64,000 nt of DNA from Vitrella brassicaformis CCMP3155 (taxonomy: Eukaryota > Protista > Chromerida): the NCBI GenBank assembly GCA_001179505.1, contig CDMY01000395.1, positions 1 to 64,000 on the forward strand, in the 5' to 3' direction. Positions within the stretch are counted from its first letter, which is position 1. Each line of letters starts with the position of its first letter. Below, piece by piece: positions 39,729-52,505 of this stretch. The notes beneath the pieces were generated by a model. That model was not told where the DNA came from. It did not search any database and worked only from the letters and a program-made list of their open reading frames with translations. A program made the translations under genes and the position numbers.

Positions 39729-42700
39729 ATGCGGCGCCACAAACTGCCCGACCCGGCCGTAAGGCTCGCGCGTGACATACTGAGGAGAGAGCCAGAAGAG
39801 CGAACGGTGGGCATGGCGCCTTGAGCTCCTTGATAGAGTTGGTAAGTTTCTGAACGTTTGTTGTGTGATGCGATCAGGAGGAGGAGATAAAGCAGCTGGT
39901 TGAGATGTGCAGGGGCAACAAGCTCATCCAGGGCCTCGACCCCATGGTCAGACGTCAGGTCTGCAAGGAGATGCTCTACGAAACCTACCCTCCCAAGTAA
40001 GAAAGCGGCTGTTTGCTGGCTGTGCATGTCCTTCCGGACCCGCAGAACGGTCATCTTCTATTTCGGCGATTCGGGCACCAAGTACTACATTGTACTCAAG
40101 GGCAAAGTCGGGATTTTGACACCGCTTCACAGTACGCACAAGCAGGATGTCGGGGCGCCCCACGTGTGTGGTCTTCTCCCTTTGTTGCCTGTGCAGGAAG
40201 ATGCCTGAATGACATTGTGTGTGAGGGCAAGATAAGCCGCACACACGTTCCTCCATGTCCATTTCCTCATTCACGCAGCACAAAGACGGCGAGTGCGTCT
40301 GTCCCAGCCTGCCATTCCAGCAGGTGGGTCAGGGGGAGATGGGCCCCACGGATGCAGGCAGCAATTGAAGACGCTTCTATGCAGGTTGCCACCGTGGAGG
40401 CCGGCCAGGGGTTTGGTGAGGTCGCTTTGCTGGAGGATGCGCCAAGAAGCGCTACAGTGGTATGCCTGGGTCCTGAACACGGGGAGTTCATCGGTAAGGA
40501 AGATGATCGATTTATCCGCCGTCGAAAGAGTTCTGTCTTGGCATGTGCAGTTGTGACTCGGGAAGTGTATCAGGAGCATGTGCTGGCGCACCACAAGGAC
40601 TTCATCCTCGAAAGGTGAGAGATGCACTCACACGAACCGCCACAGACAAAGAAAAGGGTGTCTCGGCTGCCTGCCTGCTTCTCTGCCTTGTAGGCTGGCA
40701 TACCTGAGTCAGTCCCCTTATTTGCGTCAGATCACCCCGGCCGATCTGAAAGCGCTGTCGGATCGTCTCAACGAACACGTCTTTCCATCACCGACGGTCA
40801 GCCAACTGTCGATGTCTCTTGAGGCATGTCATCCCTCGTCTGCTGGTGGATTGCAGATCATTACTCGTCAAGGAGACGAGGCCGACCGTGTGATCTTCGT
40901 CAGAACCGGTCGGCTAAACGGACGGCTTGTTTAGTCTGTTTGTGTGGGTCGATCCTTATACTGTGCTCATCTCACTCAGGCACTGTCATTGGCCTGCGGA
41001 AGATAGAGGTGACGCCGGAACACGACCTCATTGACGAGTGGAGGTCCAACAAACACCTGCAGAGAAGAACCAACATGTATGTCTGTATGTCTGTCTGCAT
41101 GGAGAGCGACACTTCTTCACGCACCGCCTGATTGTCGATACAGGGTTGACGGCAAGCCGGTGCCGGGCACGAGACAGAGACGCTTCAGTCTCGGTGAGGA
41201 ATACCGCTCACGTATCGACGTCTGCCTGGTATGCATTCATCGTGACCTGCATGCAGCTGCGGAGCCGCTGGCGATTGAGGTCAAGACCCCCCGTCGGCAG
41301 GACGCATACTCGCGCGGCCTCTCGGAAGACCTGGCAGAGGCTGCCAAGAGGAGAAGCGTCGAAGCTGCTCAAGATCCCACTTCACCCACCGCCACCCGGG
41401 CACCGGTCGGCCCGCCATCCACGATCCCCAAGCCGGTGCCGCCGACCGGTGGGAGGAAGAAGGAAAGACGGGTCACAGTGGAGGAGAAACGCAGCATCAT
41501 CCTCCAGCTCGGCCCACAGCATGTGTCGATGGGTGATATCCTGATGCACTAGTGCGTGGGTGTTTGTGTGTCGGCTGGTTGGACGGGTTGGTCAGGTGTT
41601 GGAGATGGGCAAGTACTCGTTCTACGGGGCGGCCGAGCTGCAGGAGGCCGAGAGTGTCGGTGGCGATCCTGACTTCCACAACGTGCACAGGAGGGACAGA
41701 TACAAAGTCACACTCGTCGCATTCCCCTTCGCTTCGGTGAGCACAAATGAGACACGAACGAGACACACACACACTGCTGTCCATGTAAAAAACCACACGT
41801 GGTCCAGATATACACCATCGAGAGGCGCCACTTCCTCAAGGTGATGAGACACCAAAGATAAACGGTCAAAGGGGAAGGAAAGCGGACATCCTGTCCTTTT
41901 CTCAGAGTATCTCCAGTCGTGTGCGGGAGGCCCTCTACCACGCTACGCCACGCATCCCGCCAGACAGCACCCTTCTGGCCCGATTCAAGAAGGCCAAGAA
42001 GTGGGACTACTTCAAGAGCTCGGTGGTGAAGGATGTCCTCTACGCTTGCAAGTGAGCACCGAGTGCGTTCAGCTCAATGTCCTTCATTGTCCGTCCGTCG
42101 GTCCACCCACCCATCCATCGATCCATCGATTGCACGCAGGGCGCAGAAGGCCCTCACCGCCGGCCTCTACCGCATCACCGAAGACCAGAGGACGGTATGC
42201 ACCCAGCTGCACACGCCGACACAAATGGAGACACGAGACATGACCAAACGCAACATCTGACTGCGCAGTTTGGTTCGGGCGCCGCGTCTCAGCGCGGCAA
42301 GGTTGCCCCTCTGGAGGACGAAGAGATGCTCGACTACACCCACGCCGACGCCAGGGTGCGTGCGGCCGTGACCTGGTGCAAGCACATCGACCAGCAGGCA
42401 CGGCAGCAGAAGGACAAGAGGCTGATGATGTATGGGGCACTCAAGGCTTGGCTCTACAAGAACGAGGTCGAGGCGGTGGAGTCCTTCCCCAGGCCGAAGA
42501 GCAAGAAGAGATCGGCCCGCCTGCCCAGCGACCTGAGGGCGCTGTCGCTCCACAAACTGTAAGTTGATGACACACACATTCAGGGAGGGAGACACACATA
42601 AACACACACATCGATGTCTCATTTCGACGTATCCCCTCCTCCCTCCTTCCCCCTCTGCGCAGCTTGGCTGAGCTCCGTCCGCGGCGCAGACATGCGCGAG

Positions 42701-42996
42701 GAAGCGGTGCAGGGTCGACAAGCGACCATGACGACACACGGCTGCACGGCAACCAGCTCTCACACTCACAGAGACATTCAGTAGCCTCGGTGTCGTCCAT
42801 CAAGCGGCTGTCGGCTTCCTCCGCCTCGTCTGTGCGCCGGTCGCTCGACGAGGATTTCTTGCGGGGGACGCAGAGCGCTCGAGCATCGATCGCGAGCGAC
42901 ACACGCGGGCCCGGTGGGGGAAAGGACTCGCCGCGGCCCTCCTTGATGGACAAGGGGAGGGGAGTTTTCATGCAGTATCTGGGCAGAGCAGGATGA
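39729..42996 (+). CDS. Cyclic-nucleotide-binding-domain protein (CNBD2-like, multiple cNMP domains); 3' end uncertain
   Basis: VIFYFGDSGTKYYIVLKGKV, GQGFGEVALLEDAPRSATV, IITRQGDEADRVIFVRTG. Confidence 0.85.
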
Positions 42997-43418
42997 TTGA
43001 TGGCATGGGGTCGCGATTTCTGTGTTTGTTGTTGCTCGGAGGGGAACATGCGACTTGCCATTCATCATTCTATGAACAAGGGTGAGGTGTCTGTCCGCAT
43101 GCAAGTGTCGTTGTCTCACCACGCACACCTACAACAGCATCAGGGCCAGCAGCTGACCCGCTCCGTCACCCCCGCGATTGGCCCTCATCAGCGCAGCTAT
43201 GCCTAGAGCTGCATCTTAGCAGCTCAAGACAGGGCTCCGGAAGGACGGGCCTATCACCGAGGGCAGCCAGAGAGGTCATGGCCAAAAGAATACATGAAAG
43301 CCTGATCTGCCCATATCATCATCACACTGCAAAAACTCAAAACCTTCTCATCACATGCATCCCCTGTCTGTCTGTCTGTCAGCCCGTCTTCTGCCCTTCT
43401 CACATTTGTCCATCATCA

Positions 43419-43961
43419 TCAGGGCAGTCGCTTCAGCCTCACAGCAGTACCATAGGCAAGATGCTCGCTGGTCTGCGGCGCCACAGTGCCGGTGGCATAG
43501 CGCAAGCCGATGACGCCGTTGGCGCCCCTGGCCCTTGCCGCCGCCACCAGGCGGTCGAGGGCCTCCTCTCGAGACTCGCGCTGCAGCTGCGTGTACATCG
43601 CGAGTTCGCCACCAATGTAGCTGCACACACGAGTACATCGGAAAACGCACCCCTGAACATAATGAGGAGCATGGCTTCTCCTTCGTCCTTACGACTTGAG
43701 ATGGGCCAGGAAGTCTCGCGCCACGTCCCTCGTCCTCACCGTGTTACCCTCAACCACACCCAAAGCCTCCACCACCTCGTAGCCAGGCACACTCAGGACA
43801 GTCGACAGCACCACGCGTTCATCGGTGTCTGCTGTAGTTGCAGCAGGTGGATCTGAGGAGCTGGCACTGCAGAATGGCTGGCGGCAGGGGGACTCGCGAG
43901 AAGCGGCAACGGGTGCGGTGAGCCGACGGAGATGTCGCAGCGAAGAGCGGAAAGGCAGCAT
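43419..43961 (-). CDS. YbjQ/UPF0145 family protein with a mitochondrial-type presequence
   Basis: VPGYEVVEALGVVEGNTVRTRDVARDFLAHLKSYIGGELAMYTQL...SREEALDRL...GANGVIGLRYAT...LAYGTAV; 1 intron; leader MLPFRSSLRHLRRLTAP. Confidence 0.88.
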
Positions 43962-44321
43962 CAGAAAGGGGCCTGCATGAGCAAACACAGCTAGAGGGGA
44001 TACGCTGTCTACTCCGCAAGACGCATTCAGAACAGATGAGGCCGCACGTCACGTCGTTCACCTTTTATCGCAGGACAGGGACGAGGGATTGAGATCAGAG
44101 AAGAGGGACCTGCTGCGCGTGCTGTGCGTTGCGTGTTGGTTGTTGCCTTCGTGTTGGACTCGTAGATCAGATGTCTGGTCGTCCCCCCTTATTCAACGCG
44201 CTGCGGGCGGGCGGGCTGCCCAGATCTCCCTGGTCGCCATCTGAGCTCGCACAAGGGGTGACGAGTTTCTTAACGCACCGCAGCGTAGATCTGTGCAGCA
44301 TCTGATGTGCCTGTCCTTGCG

Positions 44322-46731
44322 ATGATGCAAGATCCGTCTGTCAACCGCCTTACCCTCGGCTCGTCCATCGCCTTCGCTTCCGGCGCAGCAATCGCCTATG
44401 CCGTGCTCACGTTCCGAAGAAAGAAACAACACGAGCCGCCGCGTGAGGCGCTGAGCAAGGCCCTGTACGAGAAAGCATCCATGGCCATCGACAAGGTGCA
44501 TGACAATGACCCATCCAAGACGGAGGACTCCGTGGCAAAGGAGCTCAAATACGCAGATTCGATTATCGAGTGGATCACAAAGGTGGTGCCGGAACCCTCG
44601 CTGACACTGCTGCTTGCTGGGGTGAGTGAGAGGGGCCGGTGCACTCATGTGTGTCTGCATTCACGGTGTGTTGTTGGGGTGTGTTTGTGCGGTGCAGAGG
44701 GCTCAGCACTTCGAGAGGTGGGCCATCCCGCGCAACACGTATCCCATGGACAAGCCCGGCTACCTGAGATGGAGGGCAGATGTCAAGAAGAGACAGGTAC
44801 GACCCACACCACACGGCCGATCACGGTCTGTGATTCATCCGTCTGTGTGTGTCCGTCAGGGTCAGCGCATCCGTGAGGTTTTCGCGGCCATCGGCATCAG
44901 TGAGACCGTCGCTGACCGTGTGGGCGCCCTGGTGGCCAAGGCAACGCCGGCCTCTGACCCCGACGCACAAGCGCTCGAGGACGCTGCATGCCTTGTCTTC
45001 CTCGCCGAGCAGTCGGCTGATTTCAGCGCAGACAAGGACGACGCGAAGATGATCGGCATACTGCAGAAAACATGGGTCAAGGTACTAGGACTGCTAAGTC
45101 AGAAGTGATCTCCGTGATTTGACACACACGGTATGGTGATTCCTGTTGCTGCTGTGGTTTAGATGAGTGCTCAAGGCCACCTGCTGGCCCTCGAGCTGCC
45201 CCTCCCCTCCCGTCTTCTTGCCCTCATTCTGATCGCCCTCAAGCCACCACCTTCGCCACCGACAGCAGAGAAGACGAGGCCATCAACACGCCCATCCACA
45301 GCCGACTCCACCACAGAGGCACCACCGCCGGCATTCTCAGTCACGCATCACCCTCCCTGCCCTCTCTCAACGGAGTCCATCGCTGAGATCAAGGAATTCG
45401 CGTCGGCAGTGAGCAATGAGTGGGGCGATGGCGTTCTGGAGAGGCTGGAGACTGCGGTGCCTGGGTTGAAAGCCATGTGGGCTGGCCCGCTGCGGAAGGG
45501 GGGGACGGTCAAGGGCGTCCTGGAGGCGCTGATCGACCGCTCTGGTGCAGACGGCGAAGTGGAGCTGCTGCAGGTGAGGTGGATGAGTATACACACCAGA
45601 ATGGGAAGCCGCACTGGTGCCTACTCTTCTTGGGTGTATGGACAGGCCCTCGCGGACCACATGATGTCGCGGAAACTACCAGTTGATCTCCTCTGCGCAC
45701 TCCCGGTGAGGACACAACCAAAAAGGGCCCCGCTGCCCGCAACACTGCCTGTTTGTCTTCCTTACTCCCTTGAAGGATGCTATCGTGGGCTCCGATCCCC
45801 TCCTGCTGAGTCCGCCCTTTCTCCTGTCCCGTGTCGGCTGGGTGTTCGCCTACATGGCCTCCCAGACACCCCCAGGGGCACCCACTGCCACCATAGCAGC
45901 TGCCATGGAGACCTTCATGCACAAGATCAAGGCCATCCGCGACTCTATGGCCCTCCCCACTGCTGCATCCCTTCCGGCATTGGGAGCGGCCGGCGGTCTG
46001 TGCCGTGCCGTCGGGCAGCTGTGGGGGGCGGAGGGGTGGCTGCTCTCATACCTGGACGAGCGGTGCCTTAGTTCGCTGACTGTAGATCAGTACCGCGAGG
46101 TCAAGGGCCTGCATGCACAGCTGACTGAGATGGTCGAGACCTTCAGGCCGGCAGGTACACAGACAGAAACAGTAGGAATGAATACGTGGAGGGTATGTGC
46201 GTGAGTCTTATCTTTGTTGACGTGCAGATGTGTTGTCGCAGTTGTTTTTGGCTGCCACACAGGGGACAGCCATGGTGCACCCAGGCGTGATGCAGCAGGA
46301 GACCGTCCATCAGCTGTGGGGATCCGCTCTCGCCCAGCTCAGCCACCAGTGCAGCACGGCGCCCCTGCTGGTGCTGCAGATCATGGACGCCTACACGGCC
46401 TGCAGCAGGGAGGGCAACGAGCCAGATCCTTTGGGCATCGCTGAAGAGATGGCTGCACTCGCAAGTACGTGTCTGTGCAGATATATACAATGCAGCCGTC
46501 AGGAATGCGCGTGCAGTGGTTGAGTGTGTGTGTGTGTGTGTCTGTTGGTCAGTTTGTCGTCTACTGGAGGGTGCACTGGGTGCGTGCTGCTATGCTGTGC
46601 GAGTGGCGGAGGGCCTGAAGCTGACGGGTGGTGAGTGTCGTGTGTCGTCTCGGTCGCTGCACTCGACACTGCAGAAGGTGTCTGTGCATCTGAGGGACGT
46701 GGAGCAAAGGACGGGGGTGTTTCGTGAATGA
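44322..46731 (+). CDS. DUF4202-domain protein with an N-terminal membrane anchor and a long uncharacterised C-terminal extension
   Basis: IDKVHDNDP, RAQHFERWAIPRNTYPMDKPGYLRWR, DAQALEDAACLVFL, IGILQKTWVKMS; TM segment IAFASGAAIAYAVLTFRRKK. Confidence 0.82.
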
Positions 46732-47397
46732 AGAACTCTTGAAGGGCCTGAGTGCGCTCAGCCATACACGAGAGGTCATACCACATGTGGTGTGATGGAC
46801 GGATCAGCGATTCGCGTGTACGTGATAGCTGTCATAGTAGGAAGTGTAGCGGTGTTTGGAGCCTTGTTGTGCCACCTCTGCTTCGGTCAGTCCGATACCC
46901 TTCTGCCGTCCTCACCCAACCGCCAGGCGACAAATCACGGGTGACCTTGTCTCGTGACGGTTGGCTGAGGGCGGCTGGAGGATGTCAGGCTGAATACTTC
47001 AATGAAATGCAGCTATCGACATGAGAGCCATGGATGGATGGATGGATGGATCGATATCGATGACGGCCATCATGTGTCATTTATCAGCATCTGTCCTTTG
47101 TTGACGGGGGCCTTGTTTCGCCCTGCCGTATGTCAGCTCGTCCATTCGTACAATCGTCCATGCCAGGAGAGAGACGTCGTGCACACAAAAGGCAAGCCAT
47201 CAAAGCAACCGACAGAGACATCAGCGCAGCCCGTCCAACCGACCAGCCAGTAAATCGTCAGACGTCACAAAATGAAATGCGGCCAGGAGCGAGAGAGAGA
47301 CAAACAAACAAACAAACGGTGTGTGAGGTGCTGACACCGTCCACACACGAGGAAGGAGAGAAGCCGAGACGACAGGAGAGGAGAGAGAGAGCTGCAA

Positions 47398-48801
47398 TTA
47401 CGAGGAGATGATGGCGGTCTTGCCGCCCTGCATCTTGCCCATCATCTGCACCACACAGGAGACACAGCAGGCAGGCAGGCAGGTAAAGGGACACCACAGG
47501 AACATCCATGTCTCCCTTTCCGTACGGGCAGAAATGCGAGGATGGCACAGATGAGGGTGAGGAAGATGGCAACGATGGCGATGATGGAGGAGTAGTCGAG
47601 GGGGCACACGATCCTCTCGCCGTCCTTGTCAAAGCAAGACGGGTATTCGCTGCGAGAGCCGTCCGTCAAGATGCCCCACACCATGATGCCTGCATGTGTA
47701 AGCGAGGCAAGCGGCATGGGCCCGTCGGTGTGTATTGGGTGTGAGCAGCTGCTGACCGACGAAGAAAAAGATGAGTGCTCCGATGTAGCTGAAGGGGATG
47801 AATACCGCAAGCTTGTCATTCCCCAGCAAGCCGAGGACACTGCTCACAACACAGAAGCTCTTGGGGCTGTTGTGCGATAGAGACATACCCGCTGAGAAAG
47901 TCTTACCCGCCAATGGCGCCAACGAGCAGAAGGGCTACGCCGAAGGTCCTGAAAGGACACGGAGGTGCATCGACAGCTACTCTCACTTTGCTGCCTTAAT
48001 ACGGTACGTAGGCGTCAGAAAGCTCACCCGAGTGAGACCATCGTGTACCCGCCGTTGATGCTCCTCTGCAGGGCCTTGCAATCGTCCTGCAGCGAAATGT
48101 GCCACACATGACAGTGCCATTCGTCAGGCTTGCAATGCTGTCGGCGAGTCTGTCCACCCAGTTGCCGGCGGAGCAATCGTGGTGCACTTGGTCTGGCACA
48201 CACAGATGCAGTGCAGAGGATGGATGCAGCCGCCGATTGAGCAGCCCTGTCGAGCCAATACTTACCATGGTACTGCTTGTAGTCCCGCTGGTCTTCGTAG
48301 CTGGAGCGGCACACACACGCGTCCAATGACTTGTCCTTGACCAGGTAACCTGTGCACGCAGACGTGCAGTACGAAATGCGAAATGGACAGCCATTAATCA
48401 TGAGTATAATGCTTGCCGTCTTTCTGAAGGCATGTGAATGTCGAGTCGACTCCAGCGATGGAGTCGTCGTGGCAGTTGTCGTACGTGGCCTTCGCAGTGA
48501 ATCCCACCACAGAGTGGGTCAGACCTGCAGTCAATGCATCCGTTAGCATGAAAACCATGATCCCTCCTCATTCACCCACCCACCCACCGTAGGCTTGGAA
48601 CACCTCGTCATCGGAATTTGCGACCTCCACACGATTTGCACGCCAGTGGTCCGTTGCCATGGCTGCCAAAAACACAAACAAACGCGTTCCTTCCCCCATT
48701 CAACAGGGACACGCATTCGTCGATTTCACATTCATACCGGCAATCATGAGGATGGCGGCGCAGAAGGCAAGGATTGTACCGATGAGCCCAAGGATCTGCA
48801 T
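47398..48801 (-). CDS. Claudin/amastin-like multi-pass membrane protein
   Basis: First TM ILGLIGTILAFCAAILMIAAMATDHW, Cys-rich extracellular loop, three further hydrophobic segments; one GC-AG intron. Confidence 0.65.
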
Positions 48802-48984
48802 CGTGGCTGCGCTTTCAGGCCCTTCGTTCTTTTCCCTCGTCTCCCCCCTTTGGGGCCGAGCCGATGGGGGCCGATCGAGCGAAGGGGGGAGGTGAACGTT
48901 GCGTTATCACACACGAAACGCACGCACATTGTCCAGTGGCAAATGGCAAAAAGCGCCAGATCTCACCACAAATCTACTACACGT

Positions 48985-50659
48985 CTACGCACCGATACGC
49001 ACCGTATCACTCACTCTACGAGCGTCTGCTTCTGTTGCCGCATCCATCTCTTTCGCGTACTCGCGAAGCAGCTCAAGAACACGGTCACCCAGCAACTGGA
49101 AATCTGACAGCTCGAGGTAGATCTGAGCAGAAAGGCGCATCCAAAACATCCGCTTGCTCCCCTCAGTCGGGTCAACATCTGGAGGTAGCTCACGACCGTC
49201 ACCTGCATGCACCAACGGACACGTGAACATTGCGTCCATTTGTCTACCTTTTCTCTTTCAGCCTCACTTGCGAACACGATGACGTCTTCTCGCGGGATTG
49301 TGACGAACCGAAGGGGCAGCGGCGTAGCGAAGCAAACGACATACGTCTGATACCGCTCGAACAGGTCTCTCTGCAGTCTCTCGGCCACCGCCCACTCGCT
49401 CACGGGCAGCCGCACTGTCGCCATGGCAGCGCTCATCTCTGGCGGAGCGGCCAATTCTGTCTGCCAGTTCTTGGCGAGCAGCTGGCCTCCCTCGTCAGCA
49501 AGCTTCTTCAGGTATGCCATGATCTCGGCATCACCGAATCGCTTTCGGAAGTCCAGACAGGCATCCAGAGCGCAGAATGCCGTGTAGTCTCTCGTACCGG
49601 TGTACTGAACCACACACACATACACACACACACACACACACACGAGTCTGCGTCGGCATGTGTTTGTTGCCCACTCATGTGTGCATGGATCTTACCTCAA
49701 ACGAGCCTTGGAAGTCGTCTTTGTAGTCGGACGAAATCACCGTCGGTCGGACGGTGTCGTGCTTGGAGCGGCGGACGAAGAAAATGGCGGTTCCCTTCGG
49801 CCCATACAGCCACTTGTGTGCGTTGGCAACGTAGAAGTCCACTCCTTTGTCGGCAAGATCGCTGAGGTCGAAGGGAATCTGTCCGAGAGCATGCGCGCCG
49901 TCAATGACGACATTGATGTTGCCTTTCTCGCGACACAAGGCTGCCAGCCTCTCGACTGCAAGAACCATACACACAGATGCAAGGGAATGTCCGGACATTG
50001 CAGCCTGCCCCTTTCCCGACCTGGCAAGATGACCGGGGGCACCGATGCGATGTGTGAGAAGACGGCCATCACCCCTCGATGGCCATACTTGTCGAGAGCT
50101 GCCCTAACGGCGTCGACGATGGCCTGCTCGCTGCTCAGTGGGAAGTCCACCATCACCACCAGTGGCACAAACCTCTCACCGACATGTTTCTTGAGAAAGT
50201 CCACGGTGAACGGGACCATTGCGTACGCCGTCGACAGCATCAGCACTATGGGCGGCTCCTCTGCTGACCCATATGCGTCGAAATCGACGGATCGGAGGAT
50301 GGCGTTGATGCCGCTCGAAGCCCCCTCGACAAGCACGAGATTCAGGATCACAATGGACGTAGGCAGCCATCTTCGCACGCGTCACCTTGAGCAGCTCACG
50401 GTACTCCTTGCGGAAAAACAGGTCTGGATATGCCTCCTGCCGCTCAAAGAGAGTGCGCTGATATTGCGCAACGGGCCGTGTGACGCTCCCATAGCTGCCG
50501 TGATTGAAGTTTGTGAACCCGTCAGCCAGCTGCACACACATACACTCATTGCAGCAGATGACCATCAATGGAGCGCATTGAGTACGGCTTCGTTAGAGCA
50601 CTCACATAGAAGTGATGACGGCACGAGTGGCCGAGGGCCTCCTTCTGGTGGTCTGGCAT
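48985..50659 (-). CDS. PLP-dependent class-V aminotransferase-fold lyase (Egt2 / L-cysteine desulfhydrase / isopenicillin N epimerase-like); apparent frameshift near 50341
   Basis: FNHGSYGS, SHIASVP, IDGAHALGQ, ANAHKWLYGPKG (PLP lysine), GTRDY, RLSAQIY. Confidence 0.88.
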
Positions 50660-50893
50660 TGTAACCACTGTCGAGATGAATGAGCTGCAGAGAAGCCACA
50701 GCTGATGCATATCCCCTCCTTGGGAGATCTCGGCATGTGAGTCAGAGGACCGTCAGCAAGATGACAGGAAACTCACCACAAACGTCCCATCCGTCATGAT
50801 CTGGGCACCCATCAGCTTCAGCCGACCGTCTCCCCGCTCATCCCTCACCTTTTTGAGCTCGCGTCCATTGTTTACGAAACTTCCCTTGGCAAA

Positions 50894-51474
50894 ATGACAG
50901 CGGAAAAGACCGCAGAGGACTATCTGGAGGAGCTCATACAACAGCATGCTGCAGGTGAGCAAAGATCCAACCACTCACAATGGCTGAATTCCGTTGATGC
51001 GTGTCAGGTTCTTGTCTGTCAGGCTCCTGCTTCCTGTTCCCCGTCGGGGCTGGCGTGTTCTTCGCCTTCTTCTTTGCCGTCGGCGGGAGTGCTGGTTGGA
51101 TGCACAGCTCGATTGAGGGACCGGCAAGCGTCTTCTTCGAGGTGGCCGGGGCGGCCCTGGGCTCCTTCGCGGCCGTGACCACCAACACCGATGCGCCACA
51201 CAAGAGGGTCGGCCTCTTCCTCGTCATTGCGGCCGCGGCCATCCTCGTCAAGGCGTGTGTGTTCCTCTTTCTGCCGGCTGAGTTGAGCAACATAGTCATG
51301 TCGGCATTCTGCGTCGGCACAGGTGAGCAGATTCAGTGGCGGGGGCAGGTGGCCATTCAGCTTGTTTGTCGCTGGCTGCCTTTGTTCAGTTGCTGGTATG
51401 GTGGCTTGGCTGTGGGAGCACGTGGTCACGCCCCATATGAAGCGGCGGGCTGCCTCGGCCAAAGCTTACGCTAG
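50894..51474 (+). CDS. Small multi-pass membrane protein of unknown function; 3' end uncertain
   Basis: Two in-frame exons; hydrophobic segments GVFFAFFFAVGG, VFFEVAGAALGSFAAV, VGLFLVIAAAAILVKACVFLFL. Confidence 0.6.
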
Positions 51475-52505
51475 TGGGAAGTTTGTGGTGTGACAGCATG
51501 GATTAATGGCTGTTGGTGGATGGAGCTGGATGCTGAGCGCGAGATTTGATCCGTGCGACGGACAGAGAGATAGCATAAGTATGCATTCAATGGATGCACG
51601 TATCAAAGGCAGTCTGCAGTCACACATGGCAGGTAGGTACCCATGAGATATCCATGTAGGCAAGGCACGAGAAGTTTGGCTCCAGGCCCCCTCAATTCGC
51701 TCAGACAGACAGACAGATGAAAACTTCTCGGTGGAGGGCACAGACAGGCAGACAGCCGCACAGGTCAGACAGAGAGGATCCATCGACCTTTACACGCCCA
51801 TCACCAGCACCACACTCCATCCAATTTGAGAAGAAGACACCACCGCCGCCCCGCCCCGCCCCACCGGCCAGCCACGCAAACACCGAAAAATTCACCCGGT
51901 GTGGTGTGTTGGTGTCTGGCCGATGGATGCAGGCACCAACAAGCAGGCGGGCGGTTCGGTTGCTATCTACCAGACCACATGCCGGCTGAAACAAGCCTCC
52001 CTCCTTTGTGATACATACCATACATACCATCATAACAAATGGAGCGGCGAAAAAGAAAGAAACGGCGAGTCAGTCAGTCAGTCAGTCGATTAGTTAGATA
52101 GAACACTCACTCATATGTATGATATGAATTGCATATATACGTCACGTCCATTGATCAAAAAGGATGACAGCCGAGTGGCGGACAGGCGAGCAGGCGAGAG
52201 AGAAGTAAAATGGCGGGAAGCATCCATGGGAGGGCGTCACTCAGGGGGCGTGGACAGGCGGTCGGTCGGTCGGTCGGCGGGTCTGTCGGTGGTGTGGCGG
52301 GCGATGGTGTGGCGGCGCCAAGGCTGCCACGACACGCACCACACCACACAGGGAGGGATGATGCGCTGCACAAGACAGCCATCCCGTGTGTGGCCGGTGA
52401 CCATCCTGCCTTATGCCTCACTCGTGACGCCTCTCTGAAATGTGCATGGTGGATGTGTGTATATGTGATGAAGTGTGTGTGTGTGTGAATGTGTGTGCGT
52501 ATCAG

